In this document: piece after piece, positions 43,012 to 56,911 of the stretch
Position numbering within the stretch: the stretch's first letter is position 1
Layout: each line of letters opens with the position of its first letter
Source: Octopus vulgaris
Taxonomy: Eukaryota
Length of the DNA: 64,000 nucleotides
Direction of reading: 5' to 3'
NCBI GenBank assembly: GCA_951406725.2
Contig: OX597820.1
Location: 58,342,001 to 58,406,000 of the forward strand
Made by a program: the position numbers and the translations under genes
Notes under the pieces: model-generated
What the model was told of the DNA's origin: nothing
Seen by the model: the letters and a program-made list of their open reading frames with translations, nothing else
Databases searched by the model: none

Positions 43012-43299
43012 GGAGGAAAGACCAATAGAAAAGGAAGACGGAGGGAAAAAAATCGTCAACGATTCACTTGGGGTTACATATAATAAATATATATATATAT
43101 ATATGTTCAAACGTAATACATAATATATAATGTATTACGTAATTAAAACGTAATACACTATATATTTAAACCTAATCCCTTTTTTCCTTCACGCCTTATC
43201 TGCTCCTCCACTTATAAAGATTTAGCAACGTACTGCAAAACAAATATCATATTATTTTTTGCTGATTCTTTCTAATGTTTAAACGTAATACATTGCTCT

Positions 43300-43690
43300 T
43301 TTACTTGTGTCAGTCAGTTGACTGTGGCCATGCTGGAGCACCACCTTTAGTCGAGCAAATCGACCTCAGAACTTATTCTTTGTAAGCCTAGTACTTACTC
43401 TATCGGTCTGTTTTGCCGAACCGCTAAGTGACGGTGACATAAACACACCAGCATCGGTTGTCAAGCAATGCTAGGAGGACAAACACAGACACACAAACAT
43501 GCACACATATATATACATATATACGACGGGCTTATTTGAGTTTCCGTCTACCAAATCCACTCACAAGGCTTTGGTCGGCCCGAGGCTATAGTAGAAGACA
43601 CTTGCCCAAGGTGCCACGCAGTGGAACTGAACCCGGAACCATGTGGTTGGTAAGCAAGCTACCTACCACACAGCCACTCCTCCTGCGCCA
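43300..43690 (-). mobile_element. SINE family B; other copies near 3570, 5385(-), 6350, 12978, 13428, 25710, 33745, 41565, 50745, 54700, 56300(-), 59460(-)
   Basis: tRNA-like head (ggcgcaggagtggctgtgtggta...ggttccgggttcagtccc), CORE-like ggcaccttgggcaagtgtctt, an internal (TG/TA)n tract and a conserved tail ending gactgaaacaagtaaaagag. Confidence 0.85.
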
Positions 43691-44832
43691 TTATATATTT
43701 ACTCTAATCACTTTTACTCTCGGTCTCCTTCATAGGGTTGTTATATATGTACCACTAGCAAAAATTTATTTTCAATCTATACACCTTATTTATTCTTTCA
43801 TTCATTCATCGTTTCTATAGTTGGTTTCTCTATATATTCTCTATATATTCTCTATTTTCTCTATTTTTTTCATATATCTTCAATTCACCTAAGCCATATT
43901 CGTTCAAAACTAACATGGTTTATAAATTTCTTGACCACTTTTCAATTAAATCCTAAATTCTTAGTTTTCGCTATAACTCTTTAGGGCACATCCACCCCTA
44001 TTAGATTTCCCCGTCTTTTTTAATTTTTTGCATCTCTTTTCCCCTGCTTATATACTCTAAGGTAACAGAATAGGTCTATTAGCTAGCAGGTGATTTATGC
44101 CATCCTACTACAAACCACATTATTTCCTCACCATGCACATCAAGAGTATCCTCATTATTAATTTTATTCAATGTTATCAATTTAATCGTATTTTCCCTTT
44201 CGTCTATTTAAACGTTGTCGCTGGTGAATGGTCTCTAGTGGTCGAATAAATTTTCACCCACCAAACGAAATTTAGGACCGGGGTGCAATGCTGTACTAAC
44301 TGACCACTATGAAAATATTTAGTCCAGATAAAGTGGTTTGCTATATATGCCCTTCCTCATTAATTGATATCCTTAGCTTCTTCTTCTCATTCTTCCCCTT
44401 CTCCTTCTCCTTCTCCGTCTTATTCTCCTTTTCTTCTCCTTCCTCTTCTTGCTTTCCCGCCTTCTTCTTCTTTCTTTCTTCTTCTTCTTACTTCTTCCTT
44501 TTTCCCTTCTTTATTCTTCTTCGTATTCTTCATCTAAATCCTCCCCTCGCGATTTCTACGCTAATACCTCGTCCCTTAACCGCACTTTTATTTCCTTTTT
44601 GTTTCCTCTTGATATAAGCCAAAAAACAATGTCTGGAAGACGCGCAATGTGATAGCGCACCTTTGATGCAAACCTGATGAAGTGCCACTCAAATATCTAA
44701 AACCGCTAACATTACGTAAGTTTTCACTTCGAATTTTTGTGTAAATTGGCGTCGCAAGCAGAGTTGGCACAGATGTAACTAATCATTAAGGATGTGCTAA
44801 AGTATTTCTTTGTCTTCATATTATTTGGAATT

Positions 44833-44890
<58 letters not shown>

Positions 44891-45361
44891 GAATTTAGGT
44901 TAGTTGAAATATGTTTGTGACGACAAATACACTGCAGTTACTGCGAAGAATATATCTCTCTTAAGGTAAAGCGGTGGTGTCGCCATCTATTAAGAATCTC
45001 AGACATCGATGTTTCAAGCTTCTTGCCCCTTGTCCATGAGATGTACCTAAGAGAGGCAACTCTGAACGAACTTATAAAGCCATTGCTTTATGCATAATTC
45101 AGCCAACAACCTAGATCGCCCGATCGAGGAAAATAACAAAATGTTAGCGCTAAGAAGTGTTTACCATGGTAACTGCAATGTATTTGCCTTTTAGCAGTTG
45201 AAATATGTCACAAATTACTTTAGATTTCATCATTCAAAATTTCATCCTTGGAGAAAATTTTCAGACGAGGGTAGAACATTCAGAAATATTCAGATTATAT
45301 CTCAGTTATCGGTTTCTTTTCTGTGTGTCTGTGCAGCTTGTTGGTAGAAATACATGCTCAA

Positions 45362-45376
45362 CCATACATACACATA

Positions 45377-45438
<62 letters not shown>

Positions 45439-45634
45439 GATATTCATACATATATATATTTATGAAACTCAGAGATGGAAAGAGAAAGAGCTGATTTTTA
45501 GAGCAATCTTAAGTTGATCGCTTTCCCTCGAAAATTGCTTCAGAGAAAGGAGTTGCAGTTATGTCGTGTGCAATTTCCAAGTTGTACCGTTGTAAGGAAA
45601 AGCTATTTAATACATGCCATTTCTGATACATACA

Positions 45635-45704
<70 letters not shown>

Positions 45705-45825
45705 GATATTCATACATATATATATTTATGAAACTCAGAGATGGAAAGAGAAAGAGCTGATTTTTAGAGCAATCTTAAGTTGATCGCTTTCCCTCGAAAA
45801 TTGCTTCAGAGAAAGGAGTTGCAGT
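45362..45825. repeat. Tandem duplication of a (CA)n plus ~123-bp block (period ~266)
   Basis: The block aaagatattcatac...gaaaggagttgcagt appears identical at ~45436-45559 and ~45702-45825. Confidence 0.9.
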
Positions 45826-48800
45826 CTATTGGCTGTTCATTGGTTGTAATATGTGCTTCGGGAGTGGAGTGAAATGATTGGATGCTGCTGTTTGGGTGAA
45901 TGGCGACAGTACTCTTTTTTTAACGTTTGAGACAAACGCACGTACGCGCAAGAATATAGATATCCAGATAGAGTGAGCGAGTTAGAGAGGGAGAAAGAGA
46001 GAGAGAGAGACATTACAATTTATGAATTGAACATGATTGACAAACATTTTCTCTCTGGAGAAATATGTTTCACTCACATAAACGGAAAAAAGAGAGGGGG
46101 AGAGGAGGGGGGAACGAGAGAATCATTAGAAAGTCTGATGTCAAATATGTCGGTGTCGACTCAGTGACGTCAAATCTACTGAGGCCAAAAACGCCTCTTA
46201 TCCGCCTCTTATCTCTCGGAAGATATTTGATTGATATTTCTAGCAGGTCGAAGCAACGAGGTTGTGAGATGATTGTGAGATCATATTCTAATTTGTGAGT
46301 TTACTGAAGAGCTAAAGCAGTGGACTGAATCATGATAGTAGTCGAGTTCATCTGTTCCTCAAAGTCAGTTTTAACTACATATAAAGGTTTGACGTTATTT
46401 GTTCTATCATTCAAGGGCCAATAAAATATGTTTCAAGAATATGCATTGCGGTAATGTTTCATTTCCATGGATACGTTCGGTAAACAAACTTGGCCTTTTT
46501 GTTAAAAAGAGGCAAGACACAAAGTCTATAAAACAGTCGTTTAGAATCAATTCATCCGACGAGGGCTGAATTTACAATAACAATTGGTGTCTTTTCTTTT
46601 TTTTAAGCGGCACAAAAGCCTTCATATTTTAGATTCAGAGGAATTGGGATATAATTAATTACATAACTTTTTCAGGAGCATAGAATGCTCTAAGAGTAGT
46701 CATTTGACGTCAGTCTGGAATCTGAAATGCGTTGCAGACTTGCTTCTTCGAGAGATTTTATTTTGCGCTAGTCACAAACCACAGATTTAATTAAGTTAAA
46801 ATAATTTTTCATTTCTTAGCAACAGGGCACATTCTTGTAAGACGGAGAGATTAGTATATAAGCCTTCAGTGCATTGCTTCAGTCTACGGAGAAATAAAAT
46901 GTTAAAATAAATTTCCGGTGTGACCAGAACTCAGTAACATGCAGACTCGAGCTATTTACCGGTTCGTATTTGAATATGGACCCCCTCTAGTCATATTTCC
47001 CTGTAGACTATCAGCAACGCAAGCGAAGTTAATTTACACGAGCTGAGCATCAATTTGTTGTTGTTCAACTCAAAGTCAATATTGATCGAAAAGACTTTTA
47101 ATCAAAGACATTCCAGACATGAACATCCTGTCTTTATAGGGATATGTCGGAGTGTATATTCTAATGTATTCTGTCCTTATTTAGACGGTAGGATGTGATT
47201 TGAAGGAAACGTGACTGCTATTTCTAGTATGTCGAGGATTACGAAGAGGCTCTGCTTCAAATTCTTGTGTAATGGAATCTCAAACACGACAGGACGCCGG
47301 ACTAAATGCCTCGCTCTTATCTAGTTTCATTCCCCCACTTTTTTTTTAGTCTAAATACCTCAATGATCCATTTCAGCCTTTCATTCTTTCGGTGTCGATT
47401 AAATAAATACCATACTTATACTCGAATTGATTAAATTAGCTCTGCCACTTCCCGTCACCCTCGTAAATGTGTGATATCATGAAAATGTAAGAAATCAGAT
47501 TTAACCTTGAACTAGTAAGTCGGTGTCGACTTGAAGGCATCTAATTCAGTCGCATTTACAAATTGAAGTCTGGCCGGCTTAAGGTAAACAAGCCAGTTTC
47601 TTTTCCCCAGTTCGAGCTTATTAATTATACTATCTTGCCAATTTCACCAACAGTTCTTGTGTTTATTAACCCTTTGGCTGTCCAAAGCATTTTCATAAGT
47701 CTGTCCTAAACGTCCATACTTGTTGTTAGACTTTTAGTTAGGCCTCGTTTCATACGTTCTGAGTAATATATAGCTTTCTTTCCCAAGTCCCAAGTTACTC
47801 TGATGGTTGAAACAAATTAGAAATGTGTATCATATATGACACGTGAACGCCAGGGAAATATGTCCACTGTGTTAAATGTGATACACAGAATAGGTAAAAG
47901 GTTAAGTTCAGCATTTAGTCTAGCGTATCTATCTTTCAGTGGCAAGCTCCAAGAAAACAAACGTGTACCGCAATGCCGGATTCATTTCATGTTCCTTACT
48001 CATTATATCTACGGAAATATGAGAGATAGGCACCTGCAACCTTGTACTTGGCACACTAATAATTAAACTTTCTGAAAGCAAACATTTGAGCCTCTACGTA
48101 TTCATTCAAACTGTTAGAAATAACAACCTAGTCTCCTTTGAATTAGACCCTGCAATTATATTTTCAAAAAAGCGCACAAGTAATTTAGTCCTAGATACCT
48201 CGAAAAAGACGGCTTGATCGTGATTGAAATGCTTTTGATCATAGTTCTGCTAGAAGTCTTGCTTTCATCATGAACAGCCAGTGTGCTGTAGCCAGCGAGG
48301 GATACTGACAGCTTGCATTTGCAAAATATGGAGCTAATATTCCGTGAGGCACCACACTACAGCAGCGCAACTTTCAGCTAAGTAGACTCTGAGCAGTACG
48401 AAATGAAATGGCTTGGTCAACAATGCAACACGCCGTCCAATCCAACAATCAAACCCGTGACCTTATGATCATAAATCTAACGGGTTAATTCATAGGCCAT
48501 AAGCCGCCCGATCCGGAAATTGCAGCAGCCTTCACATGTCATGATTTACCTGACATGTGAAGTAAAAACAAGTAATCCATTAGGAATGCTCTAACAACCA
48601 GTCAACATCACCACGTAAACATAGTTCTTTTCTTCGTGGTACACCAACATATCTCATTACATGGCAGATGCTTCTATCCTATCGTCACTGTACATCCCGT
48701 TATGTGTATTATCACCTCCAGACATATCTGCAACAGACCAGAACGTTATACAACATCATCTGAAGACAATCTCTCCAAGTTCACTCAAACAAACGCATTC

Positions 48801-49757
48801 AAAATCAACAGCAGCTTTATAAGCGTCATGTATTACTACACATGCTATTAGACCTTCTCAGTTAAATGGTAAGATTGGCACCATACATGGTGCCAATCAA
48901 TGAATCGAAGCAACGGTTGTCGGTATCGTATCGAGTTAATCTCGTCCACCACTCAAAAATGCAAGAAATTTACGTGGTCGCGCGACCTGCTAGAACTACC
49001 GAAATCTCCCCAAACTCATATTCTACTGCTTTTAAAAAGGAAAGGAACACGTTGTATAATGTAGAACGGAATACATTTTGACTGAAAAATAAATAATGCA
49101 GGATAGTCATGGATAGAATGCCTATAGGCAGATGTCAACAACAACAATAGCAAAATGAACTGCGAAGAAAGTAAAATATGCCCAGACTTAAATGAGTTAA
49201 CCTAAGAATGTGCTGTATTGTTCTCAACCAGACGGATTACTAGACCTATTGATCTGTGGATCGCATTTAGTCATTTCAACTACGTTTGCTAGGTTCACTA
49301 GTGCCATAGGTTCGCTCGATTATTAACCTGGGCCTACACTACAAAAACGACCTCAGTATGTTGTTGGTGGTGGTGGTGTTATTTTCTCTTTCTATTCCTG
49401 CTATTGTATTTACTTTCGTCAGTTTCTCGGTTCAGAGTTTAAAATCCCGTTGGAGTCAACATTGCTTTTCATCTCTCTAGGATCGCACAAGTATGTACCA
49501 GGATGATACTCATAATTAGATCAATTGTAACACTCTGCTACAAAAATTAGTCTTGCATCTAAGAAGGAAATCAATAATTTTGATTGGTTGTTTTACAATT
49601 AAAATTAACTCTCTATAGCCAAAATTATTCATACAAATATTTACTTAACCTAACTTCCGTTTGTTTCGTGAGTCATGAGGAGAGATACGAGTAGTTTTGA
49701 TAATCGTTTTTGTTATTGTTGTTATTTTATTTCGTTTGTTTTGTTTTTTGTTGAATC

Positions 49758-52700
49758 AGGCCATCGCTTGTTTCCTCGCAGTAGTTTCCGTTTATTAAAA
49801 TTTATTGTAATGAGAAATCTAATCAAATATCTCACACAATGGAGCCTGTGTGTAATCAATCGTATATGTTCATTAGCGGTTATCAGAACAGAAATATAAT
49901 AATTTCTGTAGAGGAATGCTATAATTTCATTTATAATTGCCGATAATAATTTGGAGAATTTGTGCATGGCACATTCAAACAAACATGCTTACGCAGGACT
50001 TTCGTTTGTATAGCGACGATAGTGAGGTAGAGCTGTGAATAGTCGATAGGAAAAACGTAATAACCAGCTAGGAAGTCACAGGTTCGAAGCTTATCACCGG
50101 TGATTGGTCGTGTGTCTCACCAACGCAGTTAGTTCTCCACTTGGTTCTATACAGATACAGTAGGGCAGTATTATTTACTACCACAAGGAGTGGAAAAGGG
50201 ATGAGCATTTAGTTGGCTTACAATAGCAAATTCAGTTCTAAGTGTGAGGAATGTTACCTTCAGTAGACAAGCGTGCTAGTACAGAGATGTTTATTTGTCA
50301 TCCATTTAAACTAAGAAATCTGTGGTTGAGCAACGGACTGAGTGATCATCATTCAAGCTCTGAAATGATTAATTTTCAACTTGTGCAAACAATATAACGG
50401 AAAAACATTCAAACTGAGTCTGATAGAATTTCGATTCCCATTTTATTTATCCCACGTCACTTCGTGTACTGACATTTCGATACAATAGTCACCAATCTAG
50501 ACGATTTCAGAAGATAATCAATAACCTAAAGAGGGAGGTTCTGAGTTGTCCTTTAAACAATACATGAAGATAAGTCTCTATGTTAGAAACACAGGTATAA
50601 GGGGCTCTTTGGTTAAGGGAGAGATAAAGAGGTAGATTTGCCCGAAATTTTTCGCAGATAAAAGCATTAGTTTCTAAAAGAAATCTATTTATCAATTGAT
50701 GATACACAGCTTAAATCACACAATACTCCATTTAAAAAGAGTATGTATATATGTATGTGTGTGTATATGTTTGTGTCTGTGTTTGTCCCCCCAACATCGC
50801 TTGACAACCGATACTGGTATGTTTTCGTCCCCGTAACTTAGCGGTTCGGCAAAAGTAACCGATAGAATAAGTACTAGGCTTCCAAAGAATAAGTCCTGGG
50901 GTCGATTTGCTCGACTAAAAGGCAGTGCTCCAGCATGTCCGCAGTCAAATGACTGAAACAAGTAAAAGAGTAAAAGAGATAAAAGAGAAGACATGTTACC
51001 TCAATATTTAGTATTGCCACACTGGTTAGTCATGTTTGACCGATTGACTCCTCAGATATGACGTCACTCGTCTGCGGTCGTTGAAGGAGCGTTCTGTAAA
51101 GCACTATGTAGCAGGAATGGATGACAAGATTCCAGCGATTTTGTTACAAGACGAGCAATACACCCTGAAGAACGTTCTTGTAAACAGTTTCAACGACACC
51201 AGTTGCCGGTACCTAAGAACCTGATAGAGGCATTTAGTCCCTACACATTTTGTGTAGATTGTTGTTTCTGTCCTTAATAGATCCAGATCAAAACAATGTC
51301 ATGCAACAAATCAATAGAATTCATCTGATGCACAAGGATCGATAATAATGCAACTGAGCGCACAAATATGCCATGATCACTACCATTAAACCGTGATTCT
51401 ATTTCCAAAGATAAACTTTCTTTACAGAAATAACAGAGATATGTAATAACAGCCTTTGTTAGTTGTACTTTATGGCACTTCCGTTGCTGATTCGCCAGCT
51501 ATGGCTTCTCATAAACGAGACGCCCACCTTTTTCGCTTTTCGTTGAACACTTGCTTACTTAAACGAAAATCGTGTATCTTGGATAATTTCACTGAAAGTT
51601 TTATCTAACTTTTCAGTGCATTATCAAAACGCCTTTAACTAGGTAGAATCGTTACAGCATAAGCTGTTGTAACACGTTCAATCTTTCACTGAAGTGTTTA
51701 CTGAGTTTCTTTGTATTTTACAGTATTATTTTCTGCACAACTAATCAAGTTAAGAAGACAAAATTATATATAGCATTCAATAATATATCCGTATAGATTA
51801 TTTTGGAGTCTCGATTATTTATCAAGTTAAGCAATACCTTTATGAAATGAGGTAATTATGCTGCGATAACTTCTACCTCTTCAAATTCCCAACACCACAT
51901 GATACGCTTTGAGATTTGTTCTATGCCTATAACAAAGGACAGAGATGGCAAGAGGAAAACATTTTATTCTTGTTACCAAACTTCTGTGAACACTGTTCAT
52001 CGAAATATTTTTCACTGATTTCAGCTGAAGATGTTACATATTATCGTATGAAAGAATCTCTAATTTGTCCTTCAGTAAGGAATATGGGGCAAAATAGTTC
52101 TTTCTTCAGACACTATTCCAGCAATTTTGAAAGGCTGAGATTAGTTGATACCTGACAGATACTTTATCTTATCGACCCAGAAACGGTAAAAGTCAAAGTG
52201 ACCCGAGCTCAGAACATAAAGAACCAGAACAAATACCGCAATGCATTTTGCCCGATGCTCTAACGATTTAACACATCACTGACTTCAATCTAGGTCACAA
52301 TACGGCTTTCTCCAATCTGTTGACACTTGATGTTCCATCAACATTAGGGGATTATCCTCAACACTTATTCATATCGTTAGCTATGCTGCCTATAACCACC
52401 ATGATACCAAGTATTTTGTTTTAGACATATTTGTAGCTAACTGATTTACTAATTTTTTTGTTTGTTTTTCTTTGTCAAGGAAATAACTTTGTATCAAAGA
52501 TGTAGAAGTTCCAAAACTTCACCTATGTTATGCAGTCCTTTGTATGGATTTGTTGAACTTTGGGTGAGGGCAATGAACATAGTTTCCAATTACCCTTAGT
52601 TTCACGTTACTTGCTACTTCTATACAGAATATATTACTGACCAAACACCAAATACTTGTGTTTCTCGTTCGCTTGATAGTCTATCCACTTCATGATCTTT

Positions 52701-53545
52701 ATAAGCCGGTTTGTCTTTTTCCAGTTGTTAAAAGTAGAATAAAAGTGTATGAACCATTGAAATACGAAGTTTAACATTTGTCAATGTCATAGGGAAGCCA
52801 AAGATAAAGTTTAAATAATTCACTATTGAAATCTCACAAACTAAATACTAGACTCCTTGCCAAGTTTCTTTTCTTTATTATGGTGTCAGTAATATCTTCA
52901 TGCGAAGTCAACAGTGCCAAAACAATTTTTTTATGGGTCACGTTCATTCAATTGTTATTTTCAGATTCTTTATAGATTCGAGGTTTTTGCGATATTTTGA
53001 TCGTGACAGTCAACAAAGCTGTTCTTAGCGATTGTCTGGGAAAAAATAATAGATATGTCACTTATCATTATCACTCCCTTCTTTATACGAAAGATTTGGT
53101 GCGAATGATTTGTTTTAAAGCACAGAATCTCTGTTTCGATTTTTCGATATGAAGGGTTGCTAAGTGAATTTTTTTTTTTCTGAATTAAACCACCACTTGT
53201 TTCCTCGCAGCAGTTTCTGTTTATTAAAATTTATGCAATTAGAAATCTAATCAAATATCTCGCACACTGGAGCTAATGTGTAAATAATTGAAATTGTTCA
53301 TTAGCAGTTATTGGAACAGAAGTAAAATAATTTTCTGTAGAGAGATTCTATAATTTCATTTATGATCGCTGGTAATAATTTAGAGAACTCGTCCATGGTA
53401 CGTACAACGCATGTGCAAATGTAAGACATACGTGCGTGCAGTGATGAGGGTTGATTGGAGCTTGAATAGTAAATAGAAAAAGAATAATAACCAACTGATA
53501 GGTTACTGGTTCGTAGCTTCTCATCGGCAATTGGTTGTGTCTACT
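49758..53545. repeat. Diverged ~350-bp direct repeats (~49758-50120 and ~53190-53545)
   Basis: Both share cttgtttcctcgcagyagtttcygtttattaaaatttat...gaaatctaatcaaatatctc and stay colinear downstream. Confidence 0.8.
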
Positions 53546-56500
53546 CCTGATAAAAAAATTAATTGCGACAAACTTAAACAGTCGTTATCAAGAATTTAAT
53601 TTGTCAGATTTTTATCTGGTGGAAAAACTCTTCCGAAGCTTTCACGAGCTTATAAGTCGATTTCTTTTGTTGCATTATAATTGCCTCAAAAATGCTAAAA
53701 GAAATTCTACATTCTTTTTAGGACACCATTTTATTGCAAGCAAAATCCCCAGAATATCTAACGATTAGATAAACAATAGTTTTATAATTGCCATCCCTAT
53801 GGAACTACAAAATACCTGCAGTGGTTTGACTCTAAGAATACTGATCTAACAGATGAATATCTTTATGTTTTTATGCTTCTATTTCGATGCTTATTTTGTA
53901 TATGTGAAGTGGCTAGCTGGCCTTACAATTACGTATTAAAACTTGGGCGAACCGAATATGCAACTTTGTAAACATTGATCTAAGGTCACAGATTTTAAAA
54001 GGAGATATATATTCGATTGAATCGTTTCCCACTATATCACTGGCACATATGCTATCGGTGGCTGAAAAGCACAGTTGATCCCAGTAAGATTCGAACTCAA
54101 ATACAAAAGAACAAAACTAGAGTATTGCTAGCCATTTCGTCTAACGTTAGACATTTTTTAGCTGTCCACTCCCCCAATGAATAAACATTTATAGGAAGGG
54201 TGTGGTATAATCGATTGAATCTTTTTACAGTTTATTAATGTTTGCTATTTTATCGATCCAGAAGGATGAAATGCAAAATCGATCCAGATGAAAAAATGCA
54301 AAATCGATCCCAAGGCGATTTGAACTCGCAACATGAAGAATTATAACAGTCTCTAGAAACTTTTTGTTTTCACTGGCGTTCTATTTTTGCTGTTCACCAC
54401 CCGTGACCATGCACATAATGATTTCTCAATAATAATTCAGTTTCATCCACTGAATTATTATTCAATAAAGAAATCATTACGTGCGAGGTCATGGGTGGTG
54501 AACGACGAAAATGGTTGAAAGCATAAAACAGCAGAAACCAAAAAGAGAAAAGGTTAGAATAAAATCCACTACACCAAAATTACAAACAGTATTCTGCAAT
54601 ACTTGCAGTCAGGATTGTGCCAATATCTTAGGTTTAAATCCCGCGAGAAAACATTGTTGACGGATTCCCTCACAGCCATAAAAAAGGAGAAAATTCACTG
54701 GCACTGTGTGGTTAAGAAACTTACTTTGCAACGACGTGGTTTCGGATTCAGCAGAAGACACTTTGGTAGCCATGTGGTTTCGGCTATAGCAGAAGACACT
54801 TAGGCAAGTGCCTTCTGCTATACCCCACCGCACCGATAAATACATTGTGAGTGGGTTTATTAGATGGAAACTGTGGAGGACAGTCGTGTGTGTGTGTGTG
54901 TGTGTGTGTGTGCTTGACCACCACCTCGTTTGACAACTGCTGTCTTCTTCTTCTTCCAATCAGGACCCACGCCATTAGCCACAAAGAATAATCTCTAACC
55001 CGTGCCTACTCTAAGCTACTAAGAATGCGTGTGGCAACTTGAAGATCCACCCACCATATGCGTTGTTATCCTCATTCCATAAACGGTGGCTTTTTAACGG
55101 GTAGAGAGCTGAACTATCCTGGGGTACAGAGGATTCGCAATCTAGAATAGAGTCTGAAAGTTTACCACACCATTGTGGGTTACACCATGGTTCCCCTGCT
55201 TTGTGGAAAAAGTAGGAAGAAAGAGTGAGAGAAAGTTGTGGTGAGAGAATACAGCGGGGTTCACCACCACCACCCTGCTGGAGCTTCGTAGAGCTTAGGT
55301 GTTTTTGCTCAATAAACATTCACAATGCCCAGTCTGGGAATCAAAACTGCGTTCTTACGACTGCGAGTCTGCTGCCCTAACCATTGGGCCATTGCACCTC
55401 CTGACAACTGCTGTTGGTTTCTTTACGACCTCTGTATCTTAGTGGTTCGGCGAAAGACACCAACAGAATAAGTACCGGACTTAAAAATAAGCACTAGGGG
55501 GTGGGGATCGAGTGATTCGACTAAAAAGCCTTCAAAACAGTACCCCAGGATGGGCATATTTGAATGACTGAAACAAGTAAAGGATACGAACTACCCATAT
55601 TCACAAACGAATGATAGCCAAAATGAAGGAGAAAGAATCGAGAACATAACAATATCAGTACCGGATAATGTCAATCAGGTGACGATGTAAAAACTAGGCT
55701 ACGGATTAAATCTACCACAGAAGAACTGAAATAGTTCCCACTGACAGATTTCCACAGTTTCCTTTTCTTAAATTTCACCCATAAGGCTTTGGCTGGCTCG
55801 AGGTTATGGAAACATAGATAACACTTGTTCTGTTGTAGGTGCCGAGTAATGATGGTATTGAGATGTATTGAACCTGAAGCCATATAATTGCAAAACGAAA
55901 TTCTTAAACATGCAGCCATACATCCATTGCTTTCCCATTGTGCAAATTTGATTAACGCCAGTACTAATTATGGTGCTTTTCCCCGCTTTTTTTATTAGCT
56001 ATTTATTAGCTATTTTAAGACAGCAAGGGTGAGAGTAGAAAGAATGTGCGTGTATGTATGTGTGTGCGCGCTGCGTTATGAACAATATTGTAATATTGCA
56101 AAAAATAACGAGACGGAAAATTTTCTTTCGAAAATAAAAAAGCAGACAGTAATAGACAACTGATGAAAGGATTAGACGAGCACACCTATACAGGGGCTTT
56201 CTTTTCATTTATTGGGAACATCCCTTTGTCCATGTATATCGATTTGGGGTGTTATACACACACACGCGCGCTTGCACACACACACACACACATATATATC
56301 TTTTACTCTTTTACTTGTTTCAGTCATTTGACTGTGGCCATGCTGGAGCACCGCCTTTTAGTTGAGCAAATCGACCCCAGGACTTATTCTTTGTAAGCCT
56401 ACTGGCTTTGTAAGTTACGGGGACGTAAACACAACAGCATCGGTTGTCAAGCGATGTTGGGGTGACAAACACAGACATACAAACATATACACTCACATAT

Positions 56501-56590
56501 ACATATACATATATATAATGTAACCGCGTGTGTACCGTTGGCGATTTTTTTTCTTCCGTCTCCCCTTCTCTGGATCTTTCCTTTTCCTAT

Positions 56591-56625
56591 GTTTCTGACG
56601 AAGAGCTCCGCTCAAAACGTAAAAC
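56591..56625 (+). ncRNA. Mutated hammerhead core in a second copy of the same element (~56515-56730)
   Basis: GUUU-CUGACGA-A-GAGC-UCC-GCUC-AAAAC-GUA-AAAC; GAAA is mutated to AAAA. Flanks are similar to 42885-43080 and 23222-23395. Confidence 0.55.
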
Positions 56626-56724
56626 CCTCCTTCTTCCCTTCCTCCCTGAGCGTCCAATAATACTATATTTGTTCCACGTCCTCGCGTTGTTGTGTTTTCT
56701 CTTTGTGTTTTCATGTTTGGATTA

Positions 56725-56768
<44 letters not shown>

Positions 56769-56911
56769 TACGACGGGCTTCTTTCAGTTTGCGTCTACCA
56801 AATCCACTCACAAGTCTTTGGTCGGCCCGAGGCTATAGTTGAAGACACTTGCCCAAGGTGCCACGCTGTGGGACTGAACCCGGAACCATGTGGCTGGTAA
56901 GCTAGCTACTT

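Noticed and set aside
43458-43820. Recurrent ORF '[32 protein letters not shown]'
   Set aside because: It is the antisense translation of SINE family B, seen in several copies.
50020-50105. Possible intron-containing tRNA (also ~53450-53530)
   Set aside because: Only a B-box-like ggttcg is visible and no cloverleaf can be drawn; it is part of an old duplicated repeat.
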